IMG/VR virus record: IMGVR_UViG_3300025155_000026
Coordinates: 1 to 31,813 of that record
Reading direction: 5' to 3' (one strand)
Length of the DNA stretch: 31,813 bases
Source: a virus
Taxonomy: Duplodnaviria; Caudoviricetes
Under the pieces are notes generated by a model that worked only from the letters and a program-made list of their open reading frames with translations, was not told the DNA's origin and searched no databases. Position numbers and translations under genes: made by a program. Below, in pieces: positions 18,323-25,355 of this stretch (positions are counted from its first letter, which is position 1; each line of letters begins with the position of its first letter).

Positions 18323-18347
18323 CTTCCCCAGAGGAATGCTCTATAAT
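18319..18347 (+). promoter_or_regulatory. sigma70-type promoter for the recombination/modification/replication operon
   Basis: TTGACT-17-TATAAT. Confidence 0.8.
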
Positions 18348-18374
18348 TACAAGATAGGGGAGAAACAACCGCAC

Positions 18375-18479
18375 GTGACCAAACGGGACGTAGCATACGT
18401 CTTGACGTACACAGGCTTCCTTTTTCTTATGGCTGGGTTCATCGTCGGTGTCATTACAGTCTTTGAACCTGTCCGATGA
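18375..18479 (+). CDS. 34-aa single-pass membrane peptide
   Basis: GTG after GGAG; VLTYTGFLFLMAGFIVGVITVF; ATGA overlap with the next gene. Confidence 0.5.
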   Translation: MTKRDVAYVLTYTGFLFLMAGFIVGVITVFEPVR

Positions 18480-19603
18480 CGACGGTAATCCTGTCAACGT
18501 CAGACCGACTTCTGTTCAAAAGGTGCCGGCGGAAATGGGACTGGCAAAGTACCCAACGCCAGAACCTAATCCCCGTTGCTGAAGCTGCCTCTTCGCCCCT
18601 GTGGTATGGCTCGGGCTTCCATTTTGCCCTTGAAGACTTCCACGGGCACAAGCGTTACCCTTCAGCGTTCGATGCCTTCACTGCATACAGTAAGGCATTT
18701 CGTCCCCACGAACTCCCGGCTGATTCCGAGGACCTAATGGTCCTGGCAGAAGGAATGCTTGCTCACTATACAATGTCCTGGCTTCGACGCCGAGATGAGT
18801 ACCAGACTCTTTGGGTAGATGGTGAACCGCAGGTCGAAGTATCAGTCGACTTGGACATCACCAACCTTGTTGTTCAGCGTGCTTGGCAACGGGATATGGC
18901 CTGGGTAACAGACCCACTCGATGACGCTGATGGCAAGATTGTTTACCGGGTGACATTCGACCGGGTATGCGTCGATAGTGAAGGCCGTCTGTACATCATG
19001 GACTACAAGACGGCTGCTAAGTTCGACTCAGCCAAGCTGGAGACTGATTCTCAGGTAACGGCCTATACCTGGGCTGGCCGGTACTTCTATGGTGACCGGT
19101 ACGAGGTTGAAGGCATCATCTGGATGACGTTCAAGAAGGCCTTCCCCGATGTTCCAAAGGAGCTCGTGCGCGGCGGATTCAGTGAGAACAGGCAGGCAAG
19201 TGTTAGCTACGACACGTTTGCTGGAGCCCTGCTTACGAAGTACGGTGCTATTCCTACGTCGTACGTCCCGTACATGAACCACCTTGCTATGCAGGAAGGG
19301 GCTGACGGGGATAAGTTCATCAAGCGAGATATCATGCGGCGCAATGTAGCCTTTACCCAGAATGAAGAATGGAAGATTGCGGACGAGGTCCTCGACATGC
19401 TGAACCCGCAATTGTCCCTTTATCCGAATCCTACCCGTGACTGTTCCTGGGACTGTTCATTCCGGGTCCCGTGTCTCATGAAGGATGACGGTTCAGAGTG
19501 GGAGGAGTACATGGCCGGTGAATACGTTTCCTGGGTCGGATACAACGACTCCTGGAGGCAACGTATCGTTTACCCGGAGACAGTAGCACGGAGTAGCCCA
19601 TGA
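18476..19603 (+). CDS. Cas4/RecB-like PD-(D/E)XK exonuclease
   Basis: N-terminal RCRRKW, GSGFH, FD...IMDYKT, C-terminal CSWDCSFRVPC (Fe-S staple pattern). Confidence 0.88.
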   Translation: MTTVILSTSDRLLFKRCRRKWDWQSTQRQNLIPVAEAASSPLWYGSGFHFALEDFHGHKRYPSAFDAFTAYSKAFRPHELPADSEDLMVLAEGMLAHYTMSWLRRRDEYQTLWVDGEPQVEVSVDLDITNLVVQRAWQRDMAWVTDPLDDADGKIVYRVTFDRVCVDSEGRLYIMDYKTAAKFDSAKLETDSQVTAYTWAGRYFYGDRYEVEGIIWMTFKKAFPDVPKELVRGGFSENRQASVSYDTFAGALLTKYGAIPTSYVPYMNHLAMQEGADGDKFIKRDIMRRNVAFTQNEEWKIADEVLDMLNPQLSLYPNPTRDCSWDCSFRVPCLMKDDGSEWEEYMAGEYVSWVGYNDSWRQRIVYPETVARSSP

Positions 19604-20697
19604 CAGCCGAAGAAGCAACAGCAACCCCCGGAACGCAAGGAATAGTAAAGGCTGCCCGAACGGCAGGAGCAGCGTCAGTACCTGCTCCCAGGCAAGTCCC
19701 CGACATTACCGACAAGCCTTCACCCTTCGCTCTTACGGTCGGAGCACTGACAGAAGAGGAAGGGTATCTTAACGTTCTGTTCTACGGAGCATATGGTGCA
19801 GGCAAAACGTACCTTGCATCAACAGCGCATTGGGTTCCGGAGATGCGAGATGTCTTGTACATCAACGTTGAGGCTGGAATCAAGGCCATCGTGTCACAGG
19901 ACATCACGCGCATTCGGGTTAAGGACTACCGAACGTTTGCCCGTGTCCGTGAGTACCTTCGCCTTCACGCAAAGTACCGGGATGAGGGGAATGAGGAACG
20001 CCTACTCAAGACGGAACGGTGGCTTCGGCCGGGTGAGGACGTAGCTGCACCTCACCACTTCCGAACTGTCATCATTGACAGCTTGTCGGAAGTACAGAAG
20101 CTGTGTATGTACATGTTGCTCGGAATGGACCCGGAGACATACCAACTCGATGCAGTTCCCGCCTCCCCAGAGTTCGCTGAATGGAACCAATCCACCGAAC
20201 TCATCCGTCTCCTCATTCGGCAGTTCCGTGACTTACCTTACCACATCATTATCGTCCTAGGTGAAATGGAGGTGGAGCAGGCAAAAGGAACCAATAAGAC
20301 CCTACTGAAGCGTCCCAATCTCCAGGGCAGACGGCTTCCCGGAGAAGTCCAGGGTTTCCTGGATGTCGTTGGGTACTTAGCAGAAGCCGTCGTAGACGGA
20401 GAGACTGCACGCCGACTATACCTTCGCCGACTTAACGAGTCGTTCAACGCCAAGAACCGTTTCCACGGTAACCCCCCAAGATACATCGATAACCCCACAA
20501 TGCAAGATTTGTGGAACCTGGAGGTAGCATCACGTGCCGCAGCCAACGCAAGCTCGCCGAACGGCGCAACGTCCCGCCCAGAGCGCAGCGCAGCGCGCCC
20601 CGCAGCCCCCGCCTCAGGCGGAACCCGAACCGGAACAGTACGAGGAAGAGGACCCGTTCGCGGACCAGGAAACCGAGTCGTACGCCGGGAACAGTGA
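19600..20697 (+). CDS. Sak4-like/AAA_24 P-loop ATPase (ssDNA annealing)
   Basis: YGAYGAGKT, VIIDSLSE, FLDVVGYL, AKNR; lies between exonuclease and SSB. Confidence 0.85.
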   Translation: MTAEEATATPGTQGIVKAARTAGAASVPAPRQVPDITDKPSPFALTVGALTEEEGYLNVLFYGAYGAGKTYLASTAHWVPEMRDVLYINVEAGIKAIVSQDITRIRVKDYRTFARVREYLRLHAKYRDEGNEERLLKTERWLRPGEDVAAPHHFRTVIIDSLSEVQKLCMYMLLGMDPETYQLDAVPASPEFAEWNQSTELIRLLIRQFRDLPYHIIIVLGEMEVEQAKGTNKTLLKRPNLQGRRLPGEVQGFLDVVGYLAEAVVDGETARRLYLRRLNESFNAKNRFHGNPPRYIDNPTMQDLWNLEVASRAAANASSPNGATSRPERSAARPAAPASGGTRTGTVRGRGPVRGPGNRVVRREQ

Positions 20698-21118
20698 CAA
20701 CGGGGACTTCGACTTCGACAGCATGGTTCTTGACCTCGAGAACGTCGAAGAGCCCGTCCGCGACATCTGGCCCAACGGAACGTACCCGGCCATCATTGAG
20801 AACGTTGAGCCTGACGTCTCTCAGGCCAAGGGCAATCCGATGCTGGTCTGGCAGCTCCATCTGTCTGACCCCAGCACAGGGAAGGAAAAGAACCGCCGGT
20901 ACTACACTGTACTGGTAGGAGACGGAGCTGGACGAACCAAGCGGTCCATCAAGCGCGTTGCGCCGGACCTCGACCTGTCACAGTTCCGCCCCAACGATGC
21001 TGGAGACCTTTTGTCTGGGCTCGAGTGTCGTGCAGTCCTCCGTCGTGGGCGTTACCAGGGCGAGGCAACCGACAACGTCGTAGATATCCTGGCCCCTCTC
21101 GGGGACTTCACACAGTAG
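20534..21118 (+). CDS. DUF669-like single-stranded DNA-binding protein
   Basis: GGAGGT RBS + GTG; PNGTYPAIIENVE...SQAKGNPML...YQGE..DNV pattern; acidic N-terminus. Confidence 0.8.
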   Translation: MPQPTQARRTAQRPAQSAAQRAPQPPPQAEPEPEQYEEEDPFADQETESYAGNSDNGDFDFDSMVLDLENVEEPVRDIWPNGTYPAIIENVEPDVSQAKGNPMLVWQLHLSDPSTGKEKNRRYYTVLVGDGAGRTKRSIKRVAPDLDLSQFRPNDAGDLLSGLECRAVLRRGRYQGEATDNVVDILAPLGDFTQ

Positions 21119-21356
21119 GGGGAGTACCAAACACCCCGTTCGGGTCGCTTCGACGTTAGCATGGAGTCCGACGGGTAAATAAAGTCCTGAGTTGGAGGCT
21201 AACGATTAGTCCGACCCAGGCACTTAACAGAGGAGTAATGCAGTTAATGAGGAAACTCGGAACTGCAAGCAGAAACGTACTTCGGTACTACCTGGCCAGT
21301 AGTGGGAACTGGGAGCCTCTGGCTATACTTGCTACGTGAAAGGAAACCACGGCAAT

Positions 21357-22043
21357 ATGGTTGACTCGGTTGCCCTCCTTAGTGGTGGCCTTGACTCCTC
21401 GACCCTTGCATACCATCTGGTCAAAGGGCAGAACAAGACTGTTCACTTCCTATCCTTCTACTATGGTCAAAGACACGCCCGCGAACTCCAAGCCGCCCGA
21501 TTCATTGCACAGGACCTGGAGCAGAAGCACGACATCATCTACATCGACAACGAGACACACGACTTCCTTCGGGGACCGGGGGCAACGTCGCTTACCAATC
21601 CTGAGGTAGAAGTTCCGGATGGCCATTACGCCGAAGAGACGATGAAGGCGACTATCGTCCCCAACCGGAATGCTATCATGTTGTCAGTTGCCTTCGGTGT
21701 TGCCATCTCGGACCAAGCTCCAGAAGTTGCCTTTGGTGCGCATGCCGGCGACCACTACATCTATCCCGACTGCCGTCCTGAGTTCATCCTGGCCTTCCAG
21801 CATGCAATGCTGCTCGGGAACGACAACAAGGTTTTGCTGTATTCACCCTTCGAAGCATCAACCAAAGCCGACATCGTCAGGTTGGGGTTCGACTTAAGTG
21901 TCCCACTCCACAAGACATGGTCCTGTTACAAGGGACGCTTGCGTCATTGTGGGACATGCGGCACATGTACTGAGCGCATCGAAGCCTTTCGGCTGGCCAA
22001 GGTTCCCGACCCCACAACGTATGAGGAGGTTCATACGGCATGA
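21357..22043 (+). CDS. queC: 7-cyano-7-deazaguanine (preQ0) synthase
   Basis: LSGGLDS, YGQRH, VPNRN, YPDCRPEF, TWSCY, CGTCGTC; alternative GTG start at 21336. Confidence 0.96.
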   Translation: MVDSVALLSGGLDSSTLAYHLVKGQNKTVHFLSFYYGQRHARELQAARFIAQDLEQKHDIIYIDNETHDFLRGPGATSLTNPEVEVPDGHYAEETMKATIVPNRNAIMLSVAFGVAISDQAPEVAFGAHAGDHYIYPDCRPEFILAFQHAMLLGNDNKVLLYSPFEASTKADIVRLGFDLSVPLHKTWSCYKGRLRHCGTCGTCTERIEAFRLAKVPDPTTYEEVHTA

Positions 22044-22381
22044 CCTGGATTGCAACCATCGGTCCCGTTGAAGTTGCAGCTGCCCATTCGAACGGACCTC
22101 CTGGCCAGAAATGTTACAACATGCACGGACACGATTGGAAAGTCACTGTACAGTTCGGGTTCGCCCGCTTGGACGAATACGGCTGGGGTCCCGGCTTTGG
22201 CGAAGTCAAAGCCCTCATCCGTGAGTACGACCATCAGAACCTGAACGACATAGTCTCCCCACCCTCGGCCGAAGTGTTTGCTCAGACACTTTACAACCGC
22301 TTGCTCACTGCATTCCGAATTGCTCCGACCTTCGTCGAGGTCGAAGAAGCAGCCGGAAACGTCGTGCGGTACTACGAATGA
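22040..22381 (+). CDS. queD: 6-carboxy-5,6,7,8-tetrahydropterin synthase
   Basis: AAH...CYNMHGH, YDHQNLN, PSAE motifs. Confidence 0.92.
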   Translation: MTWIATIGPVEVAAAHSNGPPGQKCYNMHGHDWKVTVQFGFARLDEYGWGPGFGEVKALIREYDHQNLNDIVSPPSAEVFAQTLYNRLLTAFRIAPTFVEVEEAAGNVVRYYE

Positions 22382-22776
22382 CGGCTGAACGGGTTTGCTT
22401 CGACATTCCAGAAGACCTACGTCCCCAGTCGTATACCTACCTCCTTCTGTTGAAGGAAATGTGGGAAATGCACCTAGCAAAGGCTGCCGGATATTCCGGA
22501 CATCTAGAGGATGTGTGGGGAAACTTTCGAGGGACACAGGAGTTCGGCGTTGACACTGTCAGGGGCATTATGGTTCGGAAGAACGATAAGTGGAGTCGCA
22601 TCAAGTCCCTAGTCAGCAACCCAGCCAATTCCCAGCTACCTGACGAGCCGCTCGAAGCAACGCTGCTTGACGATGCAGCCTACGACCTCATCATCATCTC
22701 CATCCTCCGGGAAGAACGGATGCCACTGCTAAATGACGACCCTACTGCCATTGGGAAGCCGAGGGGACACCCATGA
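22378..22776 (+). CDS. Nmad1/DUF1599-like nucleotide-modification-associated protein
   Basis: HLAKAAGYS...NF...G...RKNDKWSR...L...E...TLLD.AAY helical signature. Confidence 0.75.
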   Translation: MTAERVCFDIPEDLRPQSYTYLLLLKEMWEMHLAKAAGYSGHLEDVWGNFRGTQEFGVDTVRGIMVRKNDKWSRIKSLVSNPANSQLPDEPLEATLLDDAAYDLIIISILREERMPLLNDDPTAIGKPRGHP

Positions 22777-23516
22777 CTGAAACCTTCCCCGTAACCGAAA
22801 TCTTTGGTCCGACAATTCAGGGGGAAGGAGCCATGATTGGAACGGTAACACACTTCGTCCGTTTTGGGGGGTGTGACTACCGTTGTGCGTGGTGCGATTC
22901 AGCTCATGCGGTTTTGCCGGAACAGGTTCGCCTGGCTGAGAGGTTAACATCCCTCGACATTGTACACCGGCTCGAGGAACTTCCTTACGCCCAATGGGTA
23001 ACACTTTCAGGGGGCAACCCGGCTCTTCTGGAGCTGAACGACTTTATCCTCCTAGCCCTTCCTCTCGGGTTCAGGTTTGCGGCGGAAACGCAGGGGACCC
23101 TTTGGAAGGACTGGTTACAGTACCTGGATTTCCTGACTGTCTCGCCAAAGGGGCCCAGTTCAGGAAATGAAACGCCCCTTGAGGTTACTCAGGCATTCGT
23201 TGAAAAGGTACAGGTGTTCTTTGCCGAGGATTCCTGGTGCCTGAAGGTCGTTGTATTCAACACGAAGGACTACGAGTATGCCAGGAAGCTCCGGGAGGTA
23301 TTCACAGAAGTCCCGTTCTTCCTCTCAGTCGGAACGTTCATGGGAGGACTTAGGGGAACTTTCGCGGGAGGAACTATTGACTCTCGGGATACTCTTCTCG
23401 GACGGCTTCAGTGGTTGGCAGAAAAAGCCGGCCGAGATTCCGTCTTCGCCGGAAGCGGAGTCCGCGTCCTTCCCCAACTCCATGCACTCATCTGGGGACA
23501 CGGCCGTGGGTTCTAG
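22773..23516 (+). CDS. queE: 7-carboxy-7-deazaguanine synthase (radical SAM)
   Basis: EIFGPTIQGEG, CDYRCAWCDS, SGGNP, SPK, PQLH. Confidence 0.96.
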   Translation: MTETFPVTEIFGPTIQGEGAMIGTVTHFVRFGGCDYRCAWCDSAHAVLPEQVRLAERLTSLDIVHRLEELPYAQWVTLSGGNPALLELNDFILLALPLGFRFAAETQGTLWKDWLQYLDFLTVSPKGPSSGNETPLEVTQAFVEKVQVFFAEDSWCLKVVVFNTKDYEYARKLREVFTEVPFFLSVGTFMGGLRGTFAGGTIDSRDTLLGRLQWLAEKAGRDSVFAGSGVRVLPQLHALIWGHGRGF

Positions 23517-24204
23517 GGAAGACCGACTTGCTACGGAGTTGTTTCGCCGGTACGGGTCAGTTGAGAAGGGAAAGTACCGGTCTCTCGAACAGTGGGAACA
23601 GGACGCCGAAGCTATCCGGGATATGATTCAGGGTGAACCTATTCGGATGGAAGAAGTTGGCCTCGAGGAATTTGTCCGCGCCATTCTGTCCGAACTCGAC
23701 TTGTCAGGGGAACACTTTGACCAAACCCCATCGCGCGTAGCTGCTATGCTCTGGAGCTTTCGGCAGAACCATAATCTAGCCCAAATCCTGGCAACGGGCT
23801 TTGAGGAGGTAGACGAGAATGTCATGGTTGTCCAGGGTAACATCCCGTTCAAGGGACTCTGTGCACACCACCTATTACCGTTTTTCGGAAGTGCGGTGGT
23901 TGGGTATGTCCCGAACGGACGAATCGTGGGTCTCTCCAAACTCACACGTCTCGTACAAGCAGCGGGTGAGCTTCAGCCTACAACTCAGGAGGATATTACT
24001 AACCGTATCGTTGACACGATTAGCGATGTTCTCCGACCTATCGGTGCGGGTGTCGTTACGCGTGCACTCCACGGGTGTATGGCGGTCCGCGGGGTTCACG
24101 CACCGAATACATGGACTACGGTTAGTGCACTTAAAGGACAGTTCCTCCTGAACCCCATCGTTCGGTCTGAATTCATGGAGCTTGCACGTGGGCAAATTAG
24201 CTGA
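23506..24204 (+). CDS. folE: GTP cyclohydrolase I
   Basis: TPSRVA, CAHHLLPFFG, GLSKL, QE, HGCMAVRG; GTG 23506 overlaps the queE end; short N-terminal extension. Confidence 0.93.
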   Translation: MGSREDRLATELFRRYGSVEKGKYRSLEQWEQDAEAIRDMIQGEPIRMEEVGLEEFVRAILSELDLSGEHFDQTPSRVAAMLWSFRQNHNLAQILATGFEEVDENVMVVQGNIPFKGLCAHHLLPFFGSAVVGYVPNGRIVGLSKLTRLVQAAGELQPTTQEDITNRIVDTISDVLRPIGAGVVTRALHGCMAVRGVHAPNTWTTVSALKGQFLLNPIVRSEFMELARGQIS

Positions 24205-24457
24205 TGAGCTTCGAACACTCGTCCTAGAGGACCTGTCAGTTTGCCCGACCTGTCGTCGGCCAGCACTTGGTCTAAGGGAACTAGCGGAGGAAATTGGTTG
24301 TGATGCATCCCAGCTCTCCAAGTTTGTCCGAGACCGAAAAGGGTCCTACGGACTTACCCTCATTGAGCACCTCTATGCATTCTACGCCGGAGCCGATGCC
24401 ACTGCCACTACCGAACTTTCTTCCAGTCGCCCCCTTACCCGTTCTGGCCCAGCTTAA
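24188..24457 (+). CDS. XRE/Cro-like HTH protein with CxxC
   Basis: CPTC then LRELAEEIGCDASQLSKFVR; GGAG RBS before the GTG. Confidence 0.65.
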   Translation: MGKLADELRTLVLEDLSVCPTCRRPALGLRELAEEIGCDASQLSKFVRDRKGSYGLTLIEHLYAFYAGADATATTELSSSRPLTRSGPA

Positions 24458-25355
24458 CGCGCACGGTGAACTAGCAGATGGCCTGTTGACCGTTGCCAAC
24501 GTCGTAATGGCTGACCCGTTCCGGTACGAAGCATTCTTTCGCCGGCTCCGGGAAACCGGACAAGGCGTTGACATTACCCTGGATAACGGGCTCATCGAAC
24601 AGGGGTACGCACTCCCTCCTGGAGTGATGATGGCAGCAGCCCAACTCCTACATGCGAAGACAGTTGTGCTCCCGGATGTCATTGCTAACAAGAAGGCGAC
24701 GCTAGAAGCATCGCGGGAAGCAGCAAAACTGTACGGAGAGGTTCATGCCGAAGTTACCCTAATGGGGGTTGCACAGGGACGGAGCCTGGAAGAGTTTGTT
24801 ATCTGCGGATTGGAGCTTGCGAAAGTAGCAGATGTACTTGCTGTGCCCCGTCATTCCGTTGCACGGGTAGGAACACGGAGTGAAATCATTCACCAGCTGT
24901 ACGAGGGAACCGGAAAACCGATTCACCTGCTCGGGTTCTCGGATGACGTCCTTGATGACCTCAACTGCGCACGCATGGAAGGGGTAATCGGAATTGATTC
25001 GGCAATGCCAATCTGGTTCGGGCTATATGGGTACCCCATCGAAGCATACTGGGATGACCCGGACATCAACCCTGAACATCGAAAGCGCCCCCTTAACTAC
25101 TGGGGACTCAGTCGTATTGATGACCTCGTGGTCCAGAACGTCCGAAAGGTTCGTACATGGTTGAGAGGTGTGATGCCTGTCCCTACACCGGAGGTGCATG
25201 CGGAACCCGCGGAGACATCACCAGTCCGTTCGTCATCGTCGGAGAAGCCCCAGGTACACTCGAAATCCGCAAAGGCGTCCCGTTCATCGGGCCATCAGGG
25301 AAGCTTCTTGAAGCCACGCTCAAGCGAGCAGGGGCAGAAGTCGAGCCGTTCGTAA
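24396..25355 (+). CDS. TGT/DpdA-like TIM-barrel protein, probable DNA 7-deazaguanine transglycosylase
   Basis: LDNG, VLPDV, VAQG, IHLLG and GIDS map onto the TGT motif order; adjacent to que genes; no CxCxxC Zn site; ATG 24396 preferred over 24294. Confidence 0.7.
   Translation: MPLPLPNFLPVAPLPVLAQLNAHGELADGLLTVANVVMADPFRYEAFFRRLRETGQGVDITLDNGLIEQGYALPPGVMMAAAQLLHAKTVVLPDVIANKKATLEASREAAKLYGEVHAEVTLMGVAQGRSLEEFVICGLELAKVADVLAVPRHSVARVGTRSEIIHQLYEGTGKPIHLLGFSDDVLDDLNCARMEGVIGIDSAMPIWFGLYGYPIEAYWDDPDINPEHRKRPLNYWGLSRIDDLVVQNVRKVRTWLRGVMPVPTPEVHAEPAETSPVRSSSSEKPQVHSKSAKASRSSGHQGSFLKPRSSEQGQKSSRS

Noticed and set aside
18476-19603. CRISPR-Cas system suggested by the Cas4-like protein
   Set aside because: No repeat-spacer array or other cas genes; the context (Sak4-like ATPase, SSB) is a standard phage recombination module.
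21119-21356. Known preQ1 riboswitch, tRNA, hammerhead or twister ribozyme
   Set aside because: No preQ1-I stem with A-rich tail, no cloverleaf with a T-arm, and the CUGANGA/GAAA or twister cores are not properly matched; kept only as an unclassified structured leader.
23251-23505. Long N-terminal extension of FolE in the ORF track
   Set aside because: Lies wholly within queE in another frame and is low-complexity; GTG at 23506 fits the operon overlap pattern.
21357-24204. Host queuosine tRNA-modification operon or auxiliary folate metabolism
   Set aside because: The genes are embedded among phage replication genes, with no queF/queA and no tRNAs; DNA modification is the more parsimonious reading.
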